From IMG/VR virus record IMGVR_UViG_3300045988_132723: a DNA stretch of 39,862 bases. The stretch is one strand, 5' to 3'. Position numbers and translations under genes: made by a program. How positions within the stretch are numbered: position 1 is the first letter of the stretch; every line of letters begins with the position of its first letter. Of the stretch, positions 8,297 through 17,849 are shown one piece after another. This DNA is from a virus. The notes under the pieces were generated by a model, which was not told the origin of the DNA, made no database searches, and saw nothing but the letters and a program-made list of their open reading frames with translations.

Positions 8297-9336
8297 TATC
8301 ACATACTCCAGGAGAGAATGTGACAAAAAACAGAAATAAATATCTAGGTGGAAGTGATTTGCCAGCTTTATTTAATGTAAGTCCTTTCAAAGATTGTTTT
8401 ACATTAGCTAGAGAAAAAGCAGGAGTTATTCCAGCTACTTTTAAAGGAAATGAATACACTAGATATGGTCAATTGTTAGAACCACAAATAAGAGATTATA
8501 TCAATAGTATTTATGAACTCAAATTCAAAGAAAATACAAACATTAACGAAGAGTTAGGACTTAGATCTAATTGTGATGGATTAGATAAAGAAGCAGGATT
8601 ATTACTAGAAATTAAAACCAATGCTGGAGACAAAACAACATATGAAGATGTATATGATTATATATTACAAATGCAAATGTATATGTTTCAATTTAATGTT
8701 GAAAAAGGTTATTTAGTTCAATACAAAAGACCAGAGAACTTCTGGAGTGGGCTAAATTATGAAACACAACACACAGATGATTATTTCAATCAAGAATTTG
8801 ATCCAGAAAGAATATCTGTGATGGAAATAAAAAAAGATAATAAATTGATACAACAAATATTATCTAAAGCAGAAAAATTTTGGAATGATATAGAAAGATT
8901 AAAAGAAAATCCAAATATGACAGAAGAAGAATTTTATTTTAATGATAAGTTAACCGAATATAACAATACTATAAATAAATTATCAGTTCTGGAAAAAGAA
9001 TTAGCTAGACTTAAAGATATCGAAAAAGAGACCAAAACACAAAGAGAAATATTATATGAATTAATGCATAATGTAGGAGTTAAAACAATAGTTACAAATA
9101 ATCTTATGATCACAAAAATAAATCCTACAACAAGTGAAAAAATTGATTCTAAAAAATTAAAAGAAGAATTACCTGAAATAGCTAAAAAATATAACAAAAT
9201 AACTAATGTAAAAGGCTATGTAAAAATAACAGTTAGAGCAGATAAAAATGTAGTGGAAGAAATTAAAGAAGAAATAATAAGTAACACAAATATAGATAAT
9301 AGTAAAAAGTTAGCACTTGCTGCACTAGGATTATAA
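8278..9336 (+). CDS. YqaJ-type viral recombinase/exonuclease
   Basis: 'YLGGSDLPALFNVSPF', 'GQLLEPQIRDYI', 'LLLEIKTNAG', 'YILQMQMYMFQF'. Confidence 0.8.
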   Translation: MEQEKLISHTPGENVTKNRNKYLGGSDLPALFNVSPFKDCFTLAREKAGVIPATFKGNEYTRYGQLLEPQIRDYINSIYELKFKENTNINEELGLRSNCDGLDKEAGLLLEIKTNAGDKTTYEDVYDYILQMQMYMFQFNVEKGYLVQYKRPENFWSGLNYETQHTDDYFNQEFDPERISVMEIKKDNKLIQQILSKAEKFWNDIERLKENPNMTEEEFYFNDKLTEYNNTINKLSVLEKELARLKDIEKETKTQREILYELMHNVGVKTIVTNNLMITKINPTTSEKIDSKKLKEELPEIAKKYNKITNVKGYVKITVRADKNVVEEIKEEIISNTNIDNSKKLALAALGL

Positions 9337-9346
9337 GGAGGATAAA

Positions 9347-10099
9347 ATGATTAAATTACCAGCAAATGAACCAAAGGTGGCAGACATTACACCAAAAAGC
9401 TTCTTAATATGGGGCGAATCAATGTCAGGAAAAACTTACTTAGCAAGAGAATTTGAAAGTCCATTAATAATTAATACTGATGGGAATGCAACAAAAGTTA
9501 ATACTCCATCTGTAGCAATTAAAAACTTTGCAGAATTTGCAGAAGTTATTGAAGCATTGAAAAATGAAAAACACACATATAAGACTGTAATTATAGATTT
9601 GATAGATGATATTGAAACTATGTTAACGATACATATATGTGAAGCAGCAAAAGTTGAAAGTTTAGCAGATATTCCTTTTGGAAAAGGTTATTCTAAATTC
9701 AATGCAGTATGGAAGAAGTTAATGATTGAATTAACTCAAATGAACATGAATGTAATATTTATATCACATTCAATAGAAAAATCTGAAAATAATGGACAAA
9801 CAATGTATCAAGCTCCTAGCCTAGGACAAAAACCATTAAATGCTTGTATGGGTAGATGTGATTTCTCAATCCAAACTAAAAAAATTGGAAGTAATTACAT
9901 TAGAATATGCACTAACAAAAGAGAAGCATACAAAGAAGAAGATATAAAAGACAAAAAGATTCTTGGAATCTTAAAAACAGTTAAAGGAGTTTTTGAGATA
10001 AAACCAACAATTAAACAAGTGGCATCAACAAAAAATGAAAATGTAAGTAAAACAACAGAAAACACAAATAATACAAATAAAGATGGAGGTAACAAATAA
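9347..10099 (+). CDS. RecA-fold/Sak4-like phage ATPase
   Basis: Walker A 'WGESMSGKTYLAREF', 'IINTDG', 'TVIIDLIDDIE'. Confidence 0.75.
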   Translation: MIKLPANEPKVADITPKSFLIWGESMSGKTYLAREFESPLIINTDGNATKVNTPSVAIKNFAEFAEVIEALKNEKHTYKTVIIDLIDDIETMLTIHICEAAKVESLADIPFGKGYSKFNAVWKKLMIELTQMNMNVIFISHSIEKSENNGQTMYQAPSLGQKPLNACMGRCDFSIQTKKIGSNYIRICTNKREAYKEEDIKDKKILGILKTVKGVFEIKPTIKQVASTKNENVSKTTENTNNTNKDGGNK

Positions 10100-10509
10100 T
10101 GAGTATAGCAGATATCATGGCAGAATTAGAGGCACAAGATTGGAAAGCAGGAGATAAGGAAACAGATTTTTCTGTAGCAGATGGAGTTTATGAAGGAGTT
10201 ATAGAAGGACTTGAATACAAGGAAAATGAAAAAGGTACACAATGGTTTTCATTTATAGTAAATCTAATAAATGAAAATAAAAAGTATTTTGCAAATGTGT
10301 ACTTTAGTGGAAAAATGGCAGCTATAAACCTAAAAAAATTTATAAATATTATATTAAATTTAACAGGAGAAGCATTAACATCTATGGACTTTGCTAATGA
10401 AGTAGCTTTAGCACAAAGATTAAATGATGAGCTAATTGGAAAAGATGTAGTTATAGAATTAACAACTAAAAAAGAATTCCAAAACTTCAAATTTATTTTC
10501 CAAGAATAA
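10099..10509 (+). CDS. DUF669-type ssDNA-binding-like protein
   Basis: 'DFSVADGVYEGVIEGLEYKENEKGTQWFSF', syntenic with ATPase and exonuclease. Confidence 0.65.
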   Translation: MSIADIMAELEAQDWKAGDKETDFSVADGVYEGVIEGLEYKENEKGTQWFSFIVNLINENKKYFANVYFSGKMAAINLKKFINIILNLTGEALTSMDFANEVALAQRLNDELIGKDVVIELTTKKEFQNFKFIFQE

Positions 10510-10529
10510 TAAGTATAGGAAAAATAAAA

Positions 10530-10548
10530 GGGAGAGTTTAACTCTCCC
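10530..10548 (+). promoter_or_regulatory. perfect palindromic hairpin GGGAGAGTTTAACTCTCCC without T-run
   Basis: 9-bp arms around a central T between DUF669 and polymerase genes. Confidence 0.5.
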
Positions 10549-10577
10549 TCACTATTCTATGAAAGGAGGGTAAATAA

Positions 10578-12395
10578 ATGAGAAGAGATATAGTTGGATT
10601 TTATGACTTTGAAGTTTTTATGTGTGATTGGTTAGTTGTTATAATTACCACTCAAGATGAAGAAATAATAATACACAATGATCCTGAGTTATTGAAAAAA
10701 ACAATGGATAATATAAATTGCTTAATAGGATTCAATAATCATAATTATGATGATTTGATACTTGCAGGAATAGTATCAAGGAATATGATACCAGGAGAAG
10801 TATATAAACTATCCCAATCTATTATTAATGGTGAGAATACAAGCTTTTATAAAAAAATAGCTAATCAGTTACCAACATTAGATACTAAGCAAGAGCTTCC
10901 ACCTGGAGTTAGTCTAAAAGAAATTGAAAGTAATATGGGTATGAATATAATTGAAACTCCAGTATCTTTTAGTTTAGATAGACCTTTAACATCTGATGAA
11001 TTTATGGAAGTAATAAAATATTGTAGACATGATGTTGAAACAACAAAAAAAGTATTTGAGTATAGAAAAGACTACTTTGAATCTAAGATAGATATTTGCA
11101 AAGAATTTAACTTAGATAGATTAGATACAAAGAAAACAAGAGCTAATCTTGCTGCAAAAGTTTTACAGTGTAATAAATCTAAATTACCAACACAAGCAAG
11201 ATTAAACAAAGATAGATTATTATTCACAATTACAGATAAATTAAGAAAAGAAAATATTCCTCAGCCAATTTTAGATTTTTATGATGATATTCAAAAAAGA
11301 TTTCGAGCTGGAGAAGATTTCAAAGAGTTAGAAAAAGAAAGTCTAGTATTCAACCTATGTGGAGTAGACCACACTTATGCTTTTGGTGGACTACATGCAG
11401 CAAGACCTAATTTTTTCTATGAAGGTAATATGTTAATGGTTGATGTTGGAAGTTATTATCCTAGCATGATTATTAATTTTAATTTTATGTCTAGAGCTTC
11501 TGAGCATCCTGAACTATACAAAAAACTATATGATACAAGAATGGAATATAAAAAAAATAAAGACCCAAAACAAGGAATATATAAAATACTTTTAAACGGA
11601 ACATTTGGTGCTTTAAAGAGTGAATTTAATAATTTATATGATCCAGTTCAATCAAATAACATTTGTATAAATGGGCAGTTGTTATTAACAGATTTAATAG
11701 TTAGTTTAAAAGATTATACAAGAGTGATACAAAGCAATACTGATGGAATATTGGTGGCATATGAAGAAGATGATTTACCAAAAATTATAGAGTTATGTAA
11801 AGAATGGGAAAAAAATTATGGTTTAAGTTTGGACTATGATTATGCTATAAAAATAGCTCAAAGAGATGTTAATAATTATATCCTAAAAGTAAAAACCAAA
11901 GATGGTTACAAATTGAAAGGAAAAGGAATATTTCAAAATCATGATGGTGGAAACTTTGAAAAGAATAATCTCACAATTATAGACATGGCTTTAAAAGCTT
12001 ACTATATGGATGATATTTCTGTTGATAAGTTTATATTATCTTTGATAAAAGAAAATAACTTAATGCCTTTTCAACAAGTAGCTAAAATGGGTGGAACCTT
12101 TCATCATGTAGAAACAGTAGTAAATGGTGAAGCTATTGAACTACAAAAGGTCAACAGAATATTTGCAACTTGGAAAAAAGAATATGGACCAATACATAAA
12201 ATCAAAATTGAAAATGAATCTAAAAAATACACTAAAATTCCAAATTCTGCTGATAGAATTTATATTCACAATGAAGAAATTGAGAAACTAGATAAAAGTA
12301 TTTTAGATTTAGACTACTATAGAAAATTGGTGGAGAAAAATAAATTTACAGATAGAAAGGTGGTATCATGGGAACTATTCGAGCAAAATACATAG
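10578..12395 (+). CDS. phage family B-like DNA polymerase with N-terminal 3'-5' exonuclease
   Basis: Exo 'FYDFEVF', 'YCRHDVETTKKVF'; pol motif A 'VDVGSYYPSMI', motif B-like 'KILLNGTFGAL', motif C 'IQSNTDGIL'. Confidence 0.85.
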   Translation: MRRDIVGFYDFEVFMCDWLVVIITTQDEEIIIHNDPELLKKTMDNINCLIGFNNHNYDDLILAGIVSRNMIPGEVYKLSQSIINGENTSFYKKIANQLPTLDTKQELPPGVSLKEIESNMGMNIIETPVSFSLDRPLTSDEFMEVIKYCRHDVETTKKVFEYRKDYFESKIDICKEFNLDRLDTKKTRANLAAKVLQCNKSKLPTQARLNKDRLLFTITDKLRKENIPQPILDFYDDIQKRFRAGEDFKELEKESLVFNLCGVDHTYAFGGLHAARPNFFYEGNMLMVDVGSYYPSMIINFNFMSRASEHPELYKKLYDTRMEYKKNKDPKQGIYKILLNGTFGALKSEFNNLYDPVQSNNICINGQLLLTDLIVSLKDYTRVIQSNTDGILVAYEEDDLPKIIELCKEWEKNYGLSLDYDYAIKIAQRDVNNYILKVKTKDGYKLKGKGIFQNHDGGNFEKNNLTIIDMALKAYYMDDISVDKFILSLIKENNLMPFQQVAKMGGTFHHVETVVNGEAIELQKVNRIFATWKKEYGPIHKIKIENESKKYTKIPNSADRIYIHNEEIEKLDKSILDLDYYRKLVEKNKFTDRKVVSWELFEQNT

Positions 12396-14293
12396 AATTA
12401 GAACCAGGAACAAGCAAACCCAAGGTATCATTTGATGAATTTGTTTATGATATTTCTAAAATATCTGATGCTGCATTCTTAGTTCCAGAAGATGTTGTGG
12501 TAGTTGATTTTGACCATATTGGTGATTTGTGGAAGGATATACTTAATAATTATCCAACTAGAGCAATAAAGACTACTCGTGGAGCTCATTTATATTATAA
12601 AATTCCACCAAACTTGAAATTACATAACAATATAAATATTATGACTTATTGTGGTTTAAATGTTGATTATAAGACTGGATATGGAAAGAAAAAGGCATCA
12701 GCTAAGGTAAAGGTCAACGGAGTTCTTAGAACGATTTTAAACGATACACCAATTGATAATTTAGCTATATTACCTTTGGCTTTATATCCTATCCCAGCAG
12801 TGAAATATAACTTATATGATCTTGATGATGGTGATGGGAGAAATCAAGCAATATATAAACATATAAAGGTATTACAAGATTATGGAGTACCTCAACAAAA
12901 TATAATAGAATTTGCAGATTTTGTAAATAATAAAGTTTTTAAAACTCCATTAACAGATGATGAATTAAAGCCAACAGTGATGTCTGCTTTTAAAAAATCA
13001 GATGAAGAAGAAATAGAGCTTTATTATGAAGATAAGAATGGTAATAAGAAATTAGACATATTTGCTGTTGCAGAATATGTTAATAAGTTATTTCAATTAA
13101 AAATCTATAATGGAAGGTTTTATTTTCTTAAAGAAGATAAAAATGGTAAAAAGAACTATGTTGGAAATGAAATGACAAATAATATTTTAAGGGAGATATT
13201 AGAACAAATGAAATTAAAATTAAAAAAGTCTCAGGACAATGAATTGCTGCATCAGTTAACTAAAATTGCAGATATTGAACCTAATACAAATAATTATCCA
13301 ATAAAATTGAACAATGGATTTATATTAGATGGAGAAGATGTTCTACATATGGATACAGTATTCACACCATTTAATTTAGATGTAGCATATAATCCAGAGG
13401 TAGTATGTGATGATGTGGATAATTATATAAAGTGGTTTTGTAACAATGATGAAAGTTTAATAATGCTATTTGAAGAAATATTAGGACATATATTAATGAC
13501 TTCTAGTTTTCCACATCATGTATTTTTCTTTGTGGCAAATAGTGGGAAAAATGGTAAGAGTACAACATTAAATATGATATCTAATTTTGTTGGAGATTTA
13601 CATAGCTCAGTAGCTTTAGAAGAATTTGATAAGTCAGAAAATTTATTTGCAATAAATGGAAAACTCGTAAACTGTGGAGATGATATTGATGCTTCACTCA
13701 TAGAAAAGTCAAGAGCAGTTAAAACTCTTGCAGCAGGGAATGAAATACTTTGTAGAGCATTGTATGAAAACCCAATAAAAATGAAATCAGTCGCAACACT
13801 ATTATTTACTTGTAATGAGATGCCAAACTTTAAAGATAAATCTGGTGGAATAGCAAGAAGAGTAATATGTTTTCCATGCAATGCTGTAGTAGAAAAAATT
13901 GATATGAAAATAGACCAAAAATTATCAACAGCAGAAGCTAAATCAAGGCTTCTAAATTTAGCAATAAAAGGTATGAAAAGAATCATAAACAATGGTGGAG
14001 AACTTACCAAGAGTGACATTGTTAAGGAGCTTACAGATAAATATTTGACTGAATCAGACAATGTTAAATTATTTCTTGAAGAGTATGGAGAAGATTTTAT
14101 TTTAAATGATATCAAAAATGATACTTTTAGCAAGATTTATGTTTGTTATACCATATTTTGTAATGAAAGTGGATATGGTGCATTGAGTAAAAAAAGATTT
14201 TCCCACAAATTAGAAGCTCTTGGGTTTGAAACTTATAAAACAAATGGGAAATTAAAAATTAGAAGAAAAACACATGGGTGGATTAAACTTTAA
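12368..14293 (+). CDS. primase plus D5/P4-family SF3 helicase
   Basis: N-terminal 'VVVVDFDHIG..AIKTTRGAHLYYKI'; helicase 'FFVANSGKNGKSTTLNMI', 'LFTCNEMPNF', 'GIARRVICFP'. Confidence 0.85.
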   Translation: MGTIRAKYIELEPGTSKPKVSFDEFVYDISKISDAAFLVPEDVVVVDFDHIGDLWKDILNNYPTRAIKTTRGAHLYYKIPPNLKLHNNINIMTYCGLNVDYKTGYGKKKASAKVKVNGVLRTILNDTPIDNLAILPLALYPIPAVKYNLYDLDDGDGRNQAIYKHIKVLQDYGVPQQNIIEFADFVNNKVFKTPLTDDELKPTVMSAFKKSDEEEIELYYEDKNGNKKLDIFAVAEYVNKLFQLKIYNGRFYFLKEDKNGKKNYVGNEMTNNILREILEQMKLKLKKSQDNELLHQLTKIADIEPNTNNYPIKLNNGFILDGEDVLHMDTVFTPFNLDVAYNPEVVCDDVDNYIKWFCNNDESLIMLFEEILGHILMTSSFPHHVFFFVANSGKNGKSTTLNMISNFVGDLHSSVALEEFDKSENLFAINGKLVNCGDDIDASLIEKSRAVKTLAAGNEILCRALYENPIKMKSVATLLFTCNEMPNFKDKSGGIARRVICFPCNAVVEKIDMKIDQKLSTAEAKSRLLNLAIKGMKRIINNGGELTKSDIVKELTDKYLTESDNVKLFLEEYGEDFILNDIKNDTFSKIYVCYTIFCNESGYGALSKKRFSHKLEALGFETYKTNGKLKIRRKTHGWIKL

Positions 14294-14609
14294 TTTTAAG
14301 TGTTCAATTAAATTTTTAAGTGCTACATCAGTGCTTGATTGAGTGCTAGATTATTATAATTTTAATATTGGTAATTAAGGAAAAGTGTTACAAGTGATAT
14401 ATTTATTTATACTTTTTTATTAAAAATATATAAATATATAATATATAATAAAAAGAAAAAAAAAGATGTAAAGAGAAAATTTAGCACTTTTATCACTTTC
14501 CTTTTAATACCAATAAAAAACTAAAAAAAATCAAACACTCAATCCCACCCTTATCTAGCACTTTATAAAAATCTAGCACTTTTTTAAAAAATATTTTAAG
14601 GAGGAGTAA
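14294..14609. promoter_or_regulatory. candidate replication origin: inverted arrays of AGTGCT-like repeats around an AT core
   Basis: AGTG(C/T/A)T at 14299,14319,14330,14342,14384,14393; inverted copies at 14483,14492,14534,14557,14575; AT core about 14399-14460. Confidence 0.5.
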
Positions 14610-15047
14610 ATGGAAAATAAAAATATAGATAATATAAACAATCCAAACCATTATAAACTTAGTTGTGGTGTTGAAAGTATAGAAATAATCAAAAGAGTAT
14701 TGGGATTAAAAGGCTTTGTGGCTTTTTGTCTTGGGAATATTCTTAAATATTTAATTAGGGCAGAAAAGAAAAATGGTAAGGAAGATTATAAGAAAGCAGC
14801 TAAGTATTTGGAATGGGTTATAGAAAGAGATAATCATGATAAATATGCAGTTATACAAATTATTGATATAAATGATTTAGAAAAAGATTTAGGTGTTGAA
14901 TGGAGTAAAATCATTTCTGAAATAGCGAAAGATTTAAGTATAGAAAATGCTTTTGAATTAGATAGCATTTTTAGAAATATTTTTAGTGAAAATTATGAAA
15001 TGGCTAGAGATATTCTGGATGATTTTATTAAAGAATATAAGGAGTAA
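14610..15047 (+). CDS. DUF3310 protein
   Basis: 'NNPNHYKLSCGVESIEIIKRVLGLKGFVAFCLGNILKYLIRAEKKNGKEDYKKAAKYLEWVIE'. Confidence 0.85.
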   Translation: MENKNIDNINNPNHYKLSCGVESIEIIKRVLGLKGFVAFCLGNILKYLIRAEKKNGKEDYKKAAKYLEWVIERDNHDKYAVIQIIDINDLEKDLGVEWSKIISEIAKDLSIENAFELDSIFRNIFSENYEMARDILDDFIKEYKE

Positions 15048-15050
15048 ATT

Positions 15051-15518
15051 ATGAATAAGATAAGAATTACTCATAAAGATGGAGATATGCAAGGTATTAC
15101 TCTTATGTACTTAATAAACAAGTACTTGAAAATTAATCGGGAGCTTTGGGATAAAGAGGATATGGTTCTAAACAGATATTATAAAGCTATCTTAACTAGA
15201 ACTATAAAAGCTTCAGATAAGATTGTAGATAAGTTTAAAAAACATATAAACTACAATGCAGAAAAAGAAATATTAAAAGTTTTGGATGAAGTATTTGCAG
15301 AATGTGAACACAAAGAAACTGGTGATAATTTAGAACTTCTTAGAACTATGTTTCTAGTAATTATGATGTTTGGAACTATTAACTTTCATAAGAGAAATAT
15401 GATTGGGGTAGTTTTAAAATCTATGATTACTGATGTAGTTAAGACTTTTAAAGATTTTAAAACTATGTGGCTGAGAGAAATTGATGATAGTGTAATAAGA
15501 CTGGAGGAGCAGTTATGA
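15051..15518 (+). CDS. hypothetical protein (155 aa)
   Basis: ORF in operon. Confidence 0.6.
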   Translation: MNKIRITHKDGDMQGITLMYLINKYLKINRELWDKEDMVLNRYYKAILTRTIKASDKIVDKFKKHINYNAEKEILKVLDEVFAECEHKETGDNLELLRTMFLVIMMFGTINFHKRNMIGVVLKSMITDVVKTFKDFKTMWLREIDDSVIRLEEQL

Positions 15519-15685
15519 CTGATAGAGAAAAATTAGATATTGCTATTAAGAAATGTTTTGAATTACTGGAAGAATTAAAAGAAACTTCTAAAAAAAAGGT
15601 ATTTTCAAAAGTAGATATAAATAAAAGTGCTGTTAAAAGAACTAGAATTATGATTAATCAATATTTGAAAGGTGTTGAAGAATAA
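15515..15685 (+). CDS. 56-aa protein, not in track
   Basis: ATGA overlap upstream and TAATG overlap downstream; RBS GGAGGAG; MTDREKLDIAIKKCFELLEELKETSKKKVF.. Confidence 0.6.
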   Translation: MTDREKLDIAIKKCFELLEELKETSKKKVFSKVDINKSAVKRTRIMINQYLKGVEE

Positions 15686-16263
15686 TGGAAAAAGAAAATG
15701 TATTAGAGATAGAAATAATTAAGATAAATGAAATGTACAGTTGTTGGTATGTAAAAAAAGTTAATAAGATAAAATTAAAAGCTATGCCATTAACAGAAAT
15801 AGGAACAGAAGAAAAAAATAAACTATGTTTTGGCTGTGGGTATAAAACAAATTTTAATAAAGAATATATAGGAGATGAAAAATCACATCTTTCATATTAT
15901 GATTATCAAATAAATTTAGAAGTAGATTTTTTAGAATATTATGAAAAAAGTATTCCAAAATTTATTGAAAATAAATATGTTGGAGATTTAAAACGAGTGA
16001 TTGACTTAGTAAATGACTTATATGGAATACCTAAGAGATGGAGAGCTCAAGCAGGAAACTTATTTTATTACATTACCTCAGATGGAGATATTGAATCTGA
16101 TTATGAAGATTTTTCTGATGAAAATATGGATATGTATAATCTTGGAAACTATTTTAAAACTAAAGAAGAAGCTCAAAAAATAATAGATAGCAAAGAATGG
16201 AAAGAGTTCTGGGCTAAGGTAAGAGCAGGAGAGATTGGAGGAGAAAATGAAAACAGAGATTGA
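15685..16263 (+). CDS. hypothetical phage protein (192 aa)
   Basis: 'DLVNDLYGIPKRWRAQAGNLFYYITSDGDIESDYEDFS..YNLGNYFKTKEEAQKI'. Confidence 0.65.
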   Translation: MEKENVLEIEIIKINEMYSCWYVKKVNKIKLKAMPLTEIGTEEKNKLCFGCGYKTNFNKEYIGDEKSHLSYYDYQINLEVDFLEYYEKSIPKFIENKYVGDLKRVIDLVNDLYGIPKRWRAQAGNLFYYITSDGDIESDYEDFSDENMDMYNLGNYFKTKEEAQKIIDSKEWKEFWAKVRAGEIGGENENRD

Positions 16264-16402
16264 AATAAGAAATAAATTAAAGGAATATGAAGAAAATATT
16301 GAATTTTTAGAAACTTCTTTAAAAGACAAGAAAACAATAGAAGAACTAAAAAGAGAATCTATTATTTTAAAATGGGTTTTAGGAGAAGTTAAGAAAATAT
16401 AA
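16247..16402 (+). CDS. 51-aa coiled-coil-like protein, not in track
   Basis: MKTEIEIRNKLKEYEENIEFLETSLKDKKTIEELKRESIILKWVLGEVKKI; overlaps upstream gene, RBS GGAGG. Confidence 0.5.
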   Translation: MKTEIEIRNKLKEYEENIEFLETSLKDKKTIEELKRESIILKWVLGEVKKI

Positions 16403-16424
16403 GTAATTTAGATTGGAGGAGAAA

Positions 16425-16643
16425 ATGATTAAAATAATAAAAAATAGTGAATTAGAAAAAACAATAACATACAAGTTTTATGGAGTTAGATGCAGATGTT
16501 GTGGTGAAACAAATAACATAAATGTACTAGAAATTAGAGCAGAAAACTCTAGTGGAGGTACTATAATTGATATATGTAATAAGTGTTTGATTGAATTAAA
16601 AAAGAAAATAGAAGATTTGGAGTTTGAAAATGTGGAAGTGTAA
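16425..16643 (+). CDS. small zinc-binding protein
   Basis: CRCC..CNKC cysteines; ATG 16425 preceded by GGAGGAG. Confidence 0.55.
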   Translation: MIKIIKNSELEKTITYKFYGVRCRCCGETNNINVLEIRAENSSGGTIIDICNKCLIELKKKIEDLEFENVEV

Positions 16644-16812
16644 AAAGTGTGGAACAGAAATTATAGAAGATTATAGGCAAATGACAGATGAACAAGGTAA
16701 TTTTGCTGGAGATATGTTTGTAGGATTTGTATGTCCTAATTGCTTAAATTTTGGAAGAGTTGAGGAGCATATAGCTGATTGGGTGGAAGATAATAAATGT
16801 CAAAAAGAATAA
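16630..16812 (+). CDS. zinc-ribbon protein
   Basis: MWKCKKCGTEI..VCPNCLNFGRVEEH. Confidence 0.6.
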   Translation: MWKCKKCGTEIIEDYRQMTDEQGNFAGDMFVGFVCPNCLNFGRVEEHIADWVEDNKCQKE

Positions 16813-17181
16813 GCAAAGAAATTATTAAATTAGCAAAAAAATACTCAAAAACTAATAATAAAAAGGCTTGTAAAATAAGTTGGAAAATATTTTATACAGG
16901 TTTAGGTAGACATCAATATTTGGGAAATAGTGTCAATTTTAAATTTAATATAGGTTATAAAAGATTGAAACCTAAATTAAAAAAAAAGAAATGGTAAAAA
17001 TCAAATAAAAAGTAATAGCTACCTATATCAATGTAATTGTGGACATCAATTTACTTCAAATAAAAAGTGGAATAATACTGCTACTGTGAATTTACTGATA
17101 CTTAGTGGATTCAATGAGCAAGATTTTAAAAAACATATTGAGAAATTGGAAAGCTACAAAAATTGGAAGTATAAGAAATAG
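16797..17181 (+). pseudogene. basic zinc-ribbon gene apparently interrupted by a +1 frame change in an A9 tract
   Basis: ORF 16797-16997 ends after '...KLKKKKW'; a +1 frame continues 'KKRNGKNQIKSNSYLYQCNCGHQFTSNKKW...KNWKYKK*' to 17181 without its own ATG. Confidence 0.5.
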
Positions 17182-17199
17182 GCAAAGAGAGGAATTAAA

Positions 17200-17403
17200 A
17201 TGATTGAATATTTACAAGAATTACGAGTAAAAGAAGGAAACCAAGTAAGAATTATAAACAGTCACATATTCAAAGAAAAATATATGACTGATGATGAAAT
17301 GGAAGCAAAGAAAGTTGAATTTTCTAAGTATATGCAAGAGCTATATTCTTCAGAGGGTATAAGATTAGAAATAATTGAAAATTCTATAACAGAGGTGAAT
17401 TAA
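17200..17403 (+). CDS. hypothetical protein (67 aa)
   Basis: ORF in operon. Confidence 0.55.
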   Translation: MIEYLQELRVKEGNQVRIINSHIFKEKYMTDDEMEAKKVEFSKYMQELYSSEGIRLEIIENSITEVN

Positions 17404-17405
17404 GA

Positions 17406-17849
17406 ATGCCAACACAGGAACAAAAGATAATTTTTAGAAAGATGGAAGACATCTTGTATAGCTATAATAAATATGTAAATAAAATAAAAAAATACTTAGA
17501 ATATTTTAATAATCCTATTTTACTAAAAAGCTACAATATAGAAAAAATTTCTGGAAGTGGTTTTATGGAAGTTAAATCAGATATGGAGAGAATAGAAGAA
17601 TTGAAGGTAAGAATCTCTAATGATATTAGCAGGCATGAAGAAATACTTTTTAGAATTGATAGTGCGTTAGATATGATAAAGGACCACAGAGATTATAATA
17701 TTATTGGGATGAAATATTTTAATAATATGAGTTATGAAGATATTTCAGAAAAATTAGGAGTATCACTTAAAACAGTTTATGGAATGAGGAATAGAATTTT
17801 AGGAGCCCTAGAAATACATTTTAAGTTACAAAGATTAATAGAATTTTAG
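17406..17849 (+). CDS. sigma-70 region 4/ArpU-like late transcriptional regulator
   Basis: C-terminal HTH 'NIIGMKYFNNMSYEDISEKLGVSLKTVYGMRNRIL'; positioned before terminase. Confidence 0.7.
   Translation: MPTQEQKIIFRKMEDILYSYNKYVNKIKKYLEYFNNPILLKSYNIEKISGSGFMEVKSDMERIEELKVRISNDISRHEEILFRIDSALDMIKDHRDYNIIGMKYFNNMSYEDISEKLGVSLKTVYGMRNRILGALEIHFKLQRLIEF

Noticed and set aside
8091-9197. Minus-strand ORFs 8091-8459 and 8934-9197
   Set aside because: Antisense to clear helicase and YqaJ genes; composition typical of AT-rich antisense frames.
9895-10490. Minus-strand ORFs 9895-10095 and 10188-10490
   Set aside because: Antisense to the ATPase and DUF669-type genes; no RBS or motif.
13516-14133. 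205-aa minus-strand ORF
   Set aside because: Lies entirely within the primase-helicase gene; Ser/Phe/Ile-rich antisense translation.
6807-14293. Nuclease-helicase-polymerase cluster as a defence system
   Set aside because: VRR-NUC, SNF2, YqaJ, Sak4-like ATPase, SSB-like, polymerase and D5 helicase in this order form a known phage replication/recombination module.
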